Positions 38,615-47,932 of a stretch of 58,579 bases of DNA are shown here, one piece after another. A model generated the notes under the pieces. It was not told the origin of the DNA and searched no databases. It worked only from the letters and a program-made list of their open reading frames with translations. Source of the stretch: Patescibacteria group bacterium (GTDB lineage: Bacteria; Patescibacteriota; Patescibacteriia; 2-12-FULL-57-11); assembly GCA_004299275.1 (NCBI GenBank), contig SCSU01000061.1:1-58579 (forward strand), in the 5' to 3' direction. Every line of letters starts with the position of its first letter. Within the stretch, counting starts at the first letter, position 1. Position numbers and translations under genes: made by a program.

Positions 38615-39352
38615 ATGGAAATTCTAAAAGCCGTCTTTTACACTCCGATTTTTAACTTGCTGGTTTTTCTCTACAACGCCATCCCCGGCCACGACGTCGG
38701 CGTGGCCATCGTGCTCGTGACCGTGATTCTGCGCTTGCTCACCCTGCCGCTCAACACCTGGAGCATCAAATCGCAAAAAGCGCTCCAGGACCTCCAGCCC
38801 AAACTCAAAGCGATTCAAGAACAATTCAAAGGCGATAAAGAAAAACAGGCGCGGGAGACGATGGCGCTCTACTCGGCCGAAAAGGTGAACCCCTTTTCTT
38901 CCTGTCTGCCGCTTTTGATTCAGCTGCCGTTCCTGATTGCGCTTTATCAAGTGCTCCAGAATGTGCTTTCCTCCCGGGGTTTTGAAGTGCTCTACCCTTT
39001 TGTCGGGAACCCCGGCGTCATCAGTCCGGTCTCTCTCGGTTTAATCAACTTGAGTTCTCCTTCGTGGACCTTGGCCCTGATTGCCGGCGTCTCCCAATTT
39101 TTCCAGGCAAAGATGATGACGGTCTCGAGGCCGCCTCAGCCGCCCGCGCCGGGCGCCAAAGACGAGGACACGCTCGCGCTCATGAACAAGCAGATGATTT
39201 ACATGATGCCGATTATGACCGTGGTGATTGCATGGAGTCTGCCGGCGGGCCTGGCGCTTTACTGGATAGTGATGAATGCCTTGGCCATCGCCCAGCAGTG
39301 GTGGGTTTTTAAAAAGAAAACAGTCCCCGAAAAGAACACAGTACCCGCCTGA
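38615..39352 (+). CDS. yidC: membrane protein insertase YidC (short, Oxa1-like form)
   Basis: 245 aa. ...SIKSQKALQDLQPKLKAIQEQFKGDKEKQ..MALY...NPFSSCLPLLIQLPFLIALY. Confidence 0.85.
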   Translation: MEILKAVFYTPIFNLLVFLYNAIPGHDVGVAIVLVTVILRLLTLPLNTWSIKSQKALQDLQPKLKAIQEQFKGDKEKQARETMALYSAEKVNPFSSCLPLLIQLPFLIALYQVLQNVLSSRGFEVLYPFVGNPGVISPVSLGLINLSSPSWTLALIAGVSQFFQAKMMTVSRPPQPPAPGAKDEDTLALMNKQMIYMMPIMTVVIAWSLPAGLALYWIVMNALAIAQQWWVFKKKTVPEKNTVPA

Positions 39353-39398
39353 TTCGCTTTGATTCGCGTGAAGATTAGTTTTGATTAGTTATTTATGT

Positions 39399-39701
39399 AT
39401 GCGCATTGATTCCCGCGACTTGGTGGGCTTGCCGGTTTTAACTGAGTCGCGGCGGCGTCTCGGCAAAGTCCTCTCGTTTGAAATTGACGTTGACTCGCAG
39501 GCGGTCACGCTCTATCACGTCGGCGCGCGCCATTGGCCCGGCGCCGCACGCTACTTAATTTCGCCGCGGCAAGTGGCCTCCGTCACCGCCGAGGAGATGG
39601 TTGTTTTTGACGCGGCGGTTCGCGAGCGCGAGGCCGAAGCGCGCGCCATCGCCGCGCCGGCCGCCACTATCTCGCCAGTGGCAAGCAGTCAAAGGGATTA
39701 G
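39399..39701 (+). CDS. PRC-barrel domain protein
   Basis: RDLVGLPVLTESRRRLGKVLSFEIDVDSQAVTLYHV. Start set at ATG 39399; the track TTG at 39381 is possible. Confidence 0.6.
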   Translation: MRIDSRDLVGLPVLTESRRRLGKVLSFEIDVDSQAVTLYHVGARHWPGAARYLISPRQVASVTAEEMVVFDAAVREREAEARAIAAPAATISPVASSQRD

Positions 39702-39835
39702 AGAAGACCGTTGCAAAACTCGCGATTTTGCCTTTCACGGGCGCCTGTCGACCCCGCTCTCCCTACGTTTTAGTAGGGTTCGCGGGGCTCGTGAACCCGT
39801 TCAAGGCAACCTCATCAAGTTTTGCAAAGGTCTCT
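39702..39835 (+). other. ~135-nt structured element closed by an 18-bp imperfect stem (possible sRNA, 3' UTR or MITE)
   Basis: AGAAGACCGTTGCAAAACT (39702-20) pairs with AGTTTTGCAAAGGTCTCT (39818-35). Inner hairpins: CGACCCCGC/GCGGGGCTCG and CCCTAC/GTAGGG. Confidence 0.45.
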
Positions 39836-39868
39836 TAGAGTGAGGTTGGTGTCTGGAATTTTGTGTTT

Positions 39869-39896
39869 GGATTTCGGATTTCGGAATTTGGGATTT
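39869..39896. repeat. heptamer array GGATTTC GGATTTC GGAATTT GGGATTT
   Basis: Direct reading. Lies 10 nt upstream of ATG 39907. Confidence 0.75.
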
Positions 39897-39906
39897 TTAT
39901 TTTGTT

Positions 39907-40842
39907 ATGTTGCCGCTCCCTCGCGCGATAATCCGGACCCTCTGTTTTGCCGATGTGCTGGACATGGCTCTGACCCCGGCGGAGTTGCACCGGACCCTGG
40001 GCATTGACCTCGGTGCGAGCGCGGCGCTCGCTGAGGTTTACTTTGCGTTCTGGGGTGACCGCGAGCTCCGTGAAAAAATTGTTTTCAAAAACGGTTTCGT
40101 GGCGCTCGCCGGCCGCGAGGAGCTCATCGCCGAACGGCTGCTCCGGCTCGCGATTGCCGAGGAAAAGTGGAGCGCGGCGCAAAGAGCTCTCCGGCGTCTC
40201 CGCCACCTGCCGTGGCTCAGGCTCGCCGCGGTCTGCAACACCGTGGCCATGGGTCTGCCGCGCGCCGAGAGCGACATTGATATTTTTTTGGCCGCCGCCC
40301 CCGGGCGGCTGTGGGCGCTCCGTCTCCTCTCCCACCTGGCTCTGGCGTTAGGTTCGCTCGCCCGCCGCGGCGGGCAAACCAGAAACCGGATTTGCCTTAG
40401 TTTTTCCGTAACCCGGGGCGCCTTTGACCTCTCACGCGTGGCTAAGCAACCGGCCGACCCCTATCTCACTTTTTGGCTGTCCTCAATCGTGCCGGCGCTG
40501 GACTGCCGCGGCACCTACGAGGAGCTCCTCGCGGCCAATCGCTGGTCAGCGGAGCTTTTGCCGAATTGCTCAGCGCGCGCCCTGGCCCCGTTTTATGCCG
40601 TCCAGAATTCCCGCCTCGCCGTTTTTTTGGAATTTATTTTTTCCGGGAGAATCGGGAGGAATCTGGAGATTTTTGCCCGCCGGCTGCAGCGCCAGAGAAT
40701 TCTGGCCAATCCGGAGAGTCGCGTGCATGAGGCGGGCACCGATGTAGTGGTGACCGACGAGATGCTTAAGTTCCACGAGCAGGACCGGCGCGCCGAGATC
40801 CGCGACGCCTTTCTCCTGCGCGCGGTGCATTACGGAGTATAG
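39907..40842 (+). CDS. hypothetical protein, 311 aa
   Basis: Long ORF co-directional with the O-antigen-ligase-like gene. No family recognised by eye. Confidence 0.6.
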   Translation: MLPLPRAIIRTLCFADVLDMALTPAELHRTLGIDLGASAALAEVYFAFWGDRELREKIVFKNGFVALAGREELIAERLLRLAIAEEKWSAAQRALRRLRHLPWLRLAAVCNTVAMGLPRAESDIDIFLAAAPGRLWALRLLSHLALALGSLARRGGQTRNRICLSFSVTRGAFDLSRVAKQPADPYLTFWLSSIVPALDCRGTYEELLAANRWSAELLPNCSARALAPFYAVQNSRLAVFLEFIFSGRIGRNLEIFARRLQRQRILANPESRVHEAGTDVVVTDEMLKFHEQDRRAEIRDAFLLRAVHYGV

Positions 40843-40876
40843 AAGTAGTTAGTACGTAGAACACAGAACATAGAAA
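40839..40876. repeat. heptamer array, GTAGAAC family
   Basis: ATAGAAG TAGTTAG TAC GTAGAAC ACAGAAC ATAGAAA. Ends 5 nt before ATG 40882. Confidence 0.75.
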
Positions 40877-40881
40877 GTGTT

Positions 40882-42147
40882 ATGAATTCGTTTGTTTTCC
40901 TGCGCGAGTGGGGGACAATTCTGCTGGTGTTCCTCCTCCCCTGGCAGGCGCGCTGGATTGCGCGCGAGGGTTGGCGTCCGATTGATGGCGCGAAACTTCC
41001 TTGGCTGACACTTTCTCTCTATGCCACCGAAGTTCTGGTCGGCCTGCTTATAATCTTCGCGTTGGCGGACCGTGATTTTCGCCTTCGTCTCCGTTCGCGC
41101 CTGCCAAGGTTGATTATCTACCCTTTGGCGCTGATAGTTTTATTTTCTTTATTATCAATTTTCTGGTCGGCTGACCGCGACTTGGCGCTGCAAAAAAGCG
41201 TTCAGCTCATTTTGGCCTTGTCCGTTCTGCCGCTTTGCATTGCGCACCAAAAACCGAAAAATTTGGTCAGCGCTTTTCTCCTTTCGGCCGGTGTTCAGGC
41301 GTTCCTCGGCGCGGCCCAGTCGCTCGCGGGCTTTTCGCCGGCTTCCACTTGGCTCGGCGTGTCGCGCCAGAGCGGCGAGCTCGCGGCCTCGGTCGCCGAG
41401 GGCGGCGACTTGCGGGTGCTCCGCGCTTACGGCACTCTGCCGCACCCCAACATCCTCGGCGGCTATCTCGCGGCGGCGATACTCCTCGCTCTCGTCCGCT
41501 ACCGCGAGGCAGTTAGCCGCAATCAACGGATATTTTTCATCGTTTTTCTTTCGCTGCTTTTCTTCGCCCTGTTTTTCACTTTCTCCCGCAGCGCCTGGCT
41601 GGCCGTCTCCCTCGGTTCTTTGCCGCTCCTTTACGCGCTGGTCAAAGAACGCGCCGGCGCGCATCTGCTTTTGCCCTTGGCGCTAGTGCCCGCGCTTTTG
41701 GCCGCCATCGTTTTTGCGCCGGTGGTCGCCGGCCGGCTCACCGGCGCGGGGCGGCTCGAGGTTCGTTCCACCAAAGAGAGAGTCACCTCCCTCGCCGACG
41801 GTTTCGCCGTCTTTATGGGGAGCGGGGGTTTAGGCGTCGGCGTCGGGCAAATAAATCCCAAAGCTTACGGTTCCCCAACAATTTCCACCGAACCGGCTCA
41901 CCTGGTGCCACTCCAGTTTGCCGCCGAACTCGGCATCATTGGTCTGTTGCTGTTCCTGTTTTTCGCTTGGCGGCTATGGCGCGCCGCCCGCGCAACCCCC
42001 CTTTCTCTTGCCCTGTTTCTGTTGTTGTCCACTGTTTCTCTTTTCGACCACTACCTCTGGACCCTCTGGGCCGGCAATCTGTTGTCCATTTTCGCAATTT
42101 TTGCGATTCTTCGGGCAAAGTCCGACCCCGCTTTTGGGGGGTCTTGA
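40882..42147 (+). CDS. O-antigen ligase (Wzy_C/RfaL) family membrane protein
   Basis: 421 aa polytopic protein. The FTFSRSAWLA block is typical of the O-antigen ligase domain. Confidence 0.75.
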   Translation: MNSFVFLREWGTILLVFLLPWQARWIAREGWRPIDGAKLPWLTLSLYATEVLVGLLIIFALADRDFRLRLRSRLPRLIIYPLALIVLFSLLSIFWSADRDLALQKSVQLILALSVLPLCIAHQKPKNLVSAFLLSAGVQAFLGAAQSLAGFSPASTWLGVSRQSGELAASVAEGGDLRVLRAYGTLPHPNILGGYLAAAILLALVRYREAVSRNQRIFFIVFLSLLFFALFFTFSRSAWLAVSLGSLPLLYALVKERAGAHLLLPLALVPALLAAIVFAPVVAGRLTGAGRLEVRSTKERVTSLADGFAVFMGSGGLGVGVGQINPKAYGSPTISTEPAHLVPLQFAAELGIIGLLLFLFFAWRLWRAARATPLSLALFLLLSTVSLFDHYLWTLWAGNLLSIFAIFAILRAKSDPAFGGS

Positions 42148-42181
42148 CATCTTTGGGGGACTGTATACAATACCCCCGCGT

Positions 42182-42208
42182 TTAGCACTCGCCCCATAAG
42201 AGTGCTAC
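42182..42208 (+). promoter_or_regulatory. CIRCE element (HrcA operator) upstream of groES
   Basis: TTAGCACTC-GCCCCATAA-GAGTGCTAC versus consensus TTAGCACTC-N9-GAGTGCTAA. Confidence 0.85.
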
Positions 42209-42243
42209 CCGCCTTTTATTTTTCTAATTATTTTCAGCGAACT

Positions 42244-42537
42244 ATGCAGAAACTGCGTCCGCTCCATGACCGGGTAATCGTGAAGCCGATTGAGGAGGCC
42301 GAGGCCACGGTCGCCGGGATTATCCTCCCCGACACCGTGGACAAGGAGAAGCCGGAGAAAGGCGAGGTCATCGCCGTCGGCCCCGGCAAATACGAGGAGG
42401 GCAAATTTGTGCCGATGTCGGTCAAGGTCGGCGACAAAGTCGTCTTCAAAAAGTACAGTCCGGACGAGGTCAAAATCGGGGAGGTCGAATACCTGATTCT
42501 CTCCGAGTCTGACCTGATGGCGATAATTGAATCATAA
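42244..42537 (+). CDS. groES: co-chaperonin GroES
   Basis: MQKLRPLHDRVIVKPIEEAEATVAGIILPDT... Start moved to ATG 42244 because the track start reads through CIRCE. Confidence 0.95.
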   Translation: MQKLRPLHDRVIVKPIEEAEATVAGIILPDTVDKEKPEKGEVIAVGPGKYEEGKFVPMSVKVGDKVVFKKYSPDEVKIGEVEYLILSESDLMAIIES

Positions 42538-44169
<1,632 letters not shown>

Positions 44170-44179
44170 AAAAGAGTAC

Positions 44180-44207
44180 GTAGAACGTAGAACATAGAAC
44201 TAAACAC
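44180..44207. repeat. heptamer array, GTAGAAC family
   Basis: GTAGAAC GTAGAAC ATAGAAC TAAACAC, starting 11 nt after the groEL stop. Confidence 0.8.
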
Positions 44208-44208
44208 A

Positions 44209-44240
44209 AGATCGGATCCCACGGAGATCCGATTTTGTTT
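44209..44240 (+). terminator. rho-independent terminator after groEL
   Basis: ATCGGATC-CCACGGA-GATCCGAT followed by TTTGTTT. Confidence 0.7.
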
Positions 44241-44530
44241 GTCGCTTGGTGATAAACGCCACCCTCCGCTGATAAGCGAGCGACAAAGAAAGATTGTGGA
44301 GGATAAAAGAAAATACTAAAGTTGGCTTTGCACTAAAATTTGTTTTGCCACTGAGCGAGCTCAAATGTTGCTACGCAGTGAGTTATTGCCATGTTGCTCG
44401 GCATAAACGGGTGGAGGGGATTGGTAGGGGTGAGGAGGGGCAGCCGCCTCTCCTCACCCTTACCACCGCGTAGCCGGTTGATTATTTGTAATTTTTCGCG
44501 TACCATAGTTTTGGCGGAGATGCCTCAAAG

Positions 44531-44872
44531 ATGATTAAGCGCAGCGCGGAAAGCCAAAAGATTCACGACGACATCCGGCAGAATAAATTTTTTGCCGCCA
44601 TTGGTTATATTTGGATTCTCTGCCTCCTGCCGCTCCTCGGCCGCCAGAGCTCCAAATTCGCGCTGTTCCACGGCCGGCAGGGCTTTTTGCTTTTCGCCCT
44701 CTCGCTCGGTCTCTGGATTTTAAGCTGGTTCCCGTGGATCGGTTGGCTGATTTGGCTTGTTGGCTCGGTCATTCTGGCCGCGCTGGCTCTCTCCGGAGTC
44801 TTTTTTGCGCTCCGCGGCGAATACTGGAAGATGCCCGTCCTCGGCAGCTACGCCAAAAAAATCACCTTATAA
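44531..44872 (+). CDS. small membrane protein (DUF4870/Tic20-like)
   Basis: FFAAIGYIWILCLLPLLGRQSSKFALFHGRQGFLLFAL. Three TM helices. Confidence 0.6.
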   Translation: MIKRSAESQKIHDDIRQNKFFAAIGYIWILCLLPLLGRQSSKFALFHGRQGFLLFALSLGLWILSWFPWIGWLIWLVGSVILAALALSGVFFALRGEYWKMPVLGSYAKKITL

Positions 44873-44915
44873 TTCCATCTCTCACCTCTAACACCCAACT
44901 TTTAACTTCCAATTT

Positions 44916-46050
44916 ATGAAAGACCTCCTCGTGCGTTTGGAAAATTTGTCCGAGAAAATTTCCTCCACTTGGAGGTTGCTTTGACCTAGGACGCAAGGAA
45001 AAACAGGCGGCGGCTTTGGAGGAACAGATGAGCGCGCCGGAATTTTGGCAAGACGCCGCCCGCGCCAGAAAAATTTCCGAAGAGCGCGCCGCGCTGGCCA
45101 AGGAGCTGGAAGAGTGGGGAGCGCTCCGCGCGACCGTTGCCGAATTGACGGCTCTGGTTGGCGAGTCAATAAAAACCGGCGACAGCGCTTTGGCCGAAGA
45201 GTTTGGCGCGGAAATTGAAAAATTGGAAAAACGATTTTCGGAGCTGGAATTCGCGGTGCTCTTTTCCGGAAAATACGACATGCGGGACTGCATCGTCGCT
45301 TTTCACGCCGGCACCGGCGGCACCGAGGCGATGGACTGGGCCGAGATGCTGCTCCGGATGATTCTGCGCTTTGCCGAACGCCAAGGTTTTAGCGCGCGAG
45401 TGGTTGACCTGCAGCGCGGCGGCGAGGCCGGGATTAAATCGGCCACCGTTGCTTGTGCCGGCCGCTACGCTTATGGCTGGCTCAAATCCGAGGCCGGCGT
45501 GCACCGGCTGGTGCGCATCTCGCCCTTTGACGCGGAAAAGATGCGGCATACCTCCTTCGCGTTGATTGAAGTTTTGCCGGACTTGGGCGAGCTGGCGGAA
45601 ATCGCTCTGGACCCCAAGGATTTGAAAATTGACACCTTTCTCGCTTCCGGCCACGGCGGCCAGGGCGTGCAGACGACTTACTCGGCCGTGCGCGTCACGC
45701 ACCTGCCGACCGGCATCGTGGTCTCCTGCCAGAACGAACGCAGTCAAACGCAGAATAAAGAAACCGCCTTGCGGATTATGCGCGCCAAACTCCATGCCCG
45801 CGCCGAGGCCGAGCGCCAGCGGGAAAAACAAAAGATTCGCGGCGAGTACACCTCGGCCGAATGGGGGAACCAGATTCGCTCCTACGTGCTCCAGCCCTAT
45901 CGGCTGGTCAAAGACCACCGGAGCGGCTTTGAGAGCCCGGAGACTGACGCGGTGCTGGACGGTGTGCTCGAGTCGTTTGTTGAGGCCTATCTCCGCTGGG
46001 AGCAGGCAGGGAGGCCAAAGATAAAAGGTTCAAAAGAAACAGTTGAATAA
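44916..46050 (+). CDS. prfB: peptide chain release factor 2, with programmed +1 frameshift at CTT TGA C (44979-44985)
   Basis: Frame 0: MKDLLVRLENLSEKISSTWRLL-TGA. After +1: DLGRKEKQAAALEEQMSAPEFWQD... An SD-like GGAGG lies 3 nt upstream of CTT. SPF and GGQ motifs occur downstream. Confidence 0.9.
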
Positions 46051-46179
46051 AACAGATAATGAAAGCCAATTTTTCCTATCTTGGCTTTAATAAATCGGGA
46101 GTTACGCCAAAAAACGCTATAGCGTTTTTTGGCGGAGTCTAGAGGAGGAATAAAATCAAAAGGATAACTAAATAAAATT

Positions 46180-47100
46180 ATGAGAATTCTAGTGACCGGT
46201 GGTGCAGGTTTCATCGGTTCCCACGTGGTGGATGCGCTCGTCTCTCGCGGACACAAAGTAACCGTGCTCGATGACCTCTCCACTGGCAAGCGGGAGAACT
46301 TGAACCGCCAAGCGGCCTTCGTCAAAGGCAAGGTTGAGACCCTCGCGGCCGAACGGCTGGTGCGCCGGCTCCGTCCCGAGGCGATTTTTAACTTCGCCGC
46401 GCAAAAGGATGTCCGTTTTTCTGTCAGCCGTCCGGCTGAAGACGCGCTCATTAACGTCGTCGGTCTGCTCCGCTTGGTCCAAGGCGCGCTGCCTCATGGC
46501 CTCAAACGGTTGGTGCTGGCTTCGACCGGCGGCGCGATTTACGGCGGCGCAAAAAAATTGCCGACGCCGGAAGATTATCCCGCTCATCCGTTTTCGCCCT
46601 ACGGCGTCTCTAAACTTGCGAGCGAGCTTTATCTCCACTCTTACCGGCACGCCGGCGGCTTGCCCGCGGTCTCGCTCCGTTTCGCCAATGTCTACGGCCC
46701 GCGCCAAGACCCGAAGAGCGAGGCCGGCGTGGTCGCCATTTTTGCCCGCCGACTGCTCCGCGGCCAGCGGCCGGTGATTACGGGCGACGGGGAGCAGTCC
46801 CGGGACTTTGTCTACATTGACGATGTCGTGCGGGCTTGCCTCGCCGCTTTGACGACGAAACATCTCGGCGTTTACAACATCGGCACCGGGGTGGAAACAA
46901 ACATCAATGAACTGGCGCGGATGCTGAATTTACTTGTTGGCAGCGAGCTCCAGCCGGTTTACGCTCCGGCAGTAGCGGGGGAAGAGCGCCGAAGCGCTCT
47001 AGCGATTGGACTGGCTAAGAAATTTCTTGGCTGGAAGCCGCGAGTGGCGCTGGCTCAGGGACTGGCCAAGACGATTGAGTGGCAGATAGCGCGTAGCTAA
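46180..47100 (+). CDS. NAD-dependent epimerase/dehydratase (UDP-glucose 4-epimerase-like)
   Basis: ILVTGGAGFIGSH and YGVSK catalytic motifs. 306 aa. Confidence 0.85.
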   Translation: MRILVTGGAGFIGSHVVDALVSRGHKVTVLDDLSTGKRENLNRQAAFVKGKVETLAAERLVRRLRPEAIFNFAAQKDVRFSVSRPAEDALINVVGLLRLVQGALPHGLKRLVLASTGGAIYGGAKKLPTPEDYPAHPFSPYGVSKLASELYLHSYRHAGGLPAVSLRFANVYGPRQDPKSEAGVVAIFARRLLRGQRPVITGDGEQSRDFVYIDDVVRACLAALTTKHLGVYNIGTGVETNINELARMLNLLVGSELQPVYAPAVAGEERRSALAIGLAKKFLGWKPRVALAQGLAKTIEWQIARS

Positions 47101-47130
47101 TCGCATATCGCAAATAGCAGATAGTGAATG
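47082..47130. repeat. heptamer array with GC at unit positions 1-2 (GCAGATA GCGCGTA GCTAATC GCATATC GCAAATA GCAGATA GTGAATG)
   Basis: Direct reading. Spans the epimerase stop codon. Confidence 0.75.
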
Positions 47131-47134
47131 TTAA

Positions 47135-47178
47135 ATTCTCCTTTTCTAAAGGGAGTACCCGAAGGGGGAGGGATTTAT
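47135..47178 (+). repeat. REP-like double hairpin, family A (copy 4, diverged)
   Basis: ATTCTCCTTTTCTAAAGGGAGTACCCGAAGGGGGAGGGATTTATG. Confidence 0.8.
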
Positions 47179-47183
47179 GAATA

Positions 47184-47242
47184 ATAGCGAATAGCGAATA
47201 GCGAATGAAAGCGAATTCAAAGCAAATAACAGCGAATAGCAG
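47184..47242. repeat. heptamer array (ATAGCGA)x3 plus degenerate units, ends at the tsaC ATG
   Basis: ATAGCGA ATAGCGA ATAGCGA ATGAAAG CGAATTC AAAGCAA ATAACAG CGAATAG CAG-ATG. Confidence 0.8.
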
Positions 47243-47902
47243 ATGGCAATAACTCGTAGCAATATTCGCGCGGCGGTGGAGGTTCTTAAAAAAGGCGGGT
47301 TGGTTATTTATCCCACGGAGACTGCTTACGCCCTTGGCTGTGACAGTCGGAACCTGAGCGCTGTCCGTCGTATCTATGCGCTTAAAGGCCGTCAGCGGCA
47401 GAAACCGCTTGCGCTCATCGCCGCCGGCCTCAAAATGGTCAAACATTTTTTTCGATTCACGACTCACTATCCCGCCTTTGACGGGACCCCCCGCCTCTGG
47501 CGGGGTGGCTCACGGCTCACTCGCAAGCACTGGCCCGGCCCCTTGACGCTTGTTCTTCCAGTAAAGAATCCCCGTCTCCGACGCGCGCTTGGAGCGCGCG
47601 AGGTCGGCGTGCGCGTCTCGCCGCAGGCGGTTGCCCGAGCTCTTTCCAAATATCTCGGCGCGCCGATTGTCGCCACTTCGGCCAACCGAAGCGGTAAAGG
47701 GAATTGTTATTCAATTCGCGCGGTCCGCCGTTCCTTCGGCCTTTCACGAGATTGGACTCCGACGTTACGTCGGAGTCCAATCTCGAAAGTCGTGTTTATC
47801 CTCGACTCCGGTCATCTTCCGCGGCGGAGACCGTCAACCGTAGTCGCTTTCCGCAAAGGTAAACCAATAGTCCTCCGGCAGGGACCAATTAGGATTTCGT
47901 AA
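47243..47902 (+). CDS. tsaC: L-threonylcarbamoyladenylate synthase (YrdC/Sua5 family) carrying two in-frame repeat insertions
   Basis: GGLVIYPTETAYALGCD...YALKGRQRQKPLALI...HWPGPLTLVLP...ATSANRSG...PSTVV. Confidence 0.85.
   Translation: MAITRSNIRAAVEVLKKGGLVIYPTETAYALGCDSRNLSAVRRIYALKGRQRQKPLALIAAGLKMVKHFFRFTTHYPAFDGTPRLWRGGSRLTRKHWPGPLTLVLPVKNPRLRRALGAREVGVRVSPQAVARALSKYLGAPIVATSANRSGKGNCYSIRAVRRSFGLSRDWTPTLRRSPISKVVFILDSGHLPRRRPSTVVAFRKGKPIVLRQGPIRIS
47456..47524 (+). repeat. double-hairpin repeat, family E (copy 1 of 2), inside tsaC and in frame
   Basis: TTCACGACTCACTATCCCGCCTTTGACGGGACCCCCCGCCTCTGGCGGGGTGGCTCACGGCTCAC. Encodes THYPAFDGTPRLWRGGSRLT. Confidence 0.85.
47751..47781. repeat. 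31-nt perfect palindrome inside tsaC, in frame
   Basis: ATTGGACTCCGACGT-T-ACGTCGGAGTCCAAT. Encodes RDWTPTLRRSPI. Related CCGACG-N-CGTCGG hairpins lie at 34058-34090 and 50858-50880. Confidence 0.85.
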
Positions 47903-47932
47903 TCTCGTCTTTATTCGTATTTTCGTAGCCCC

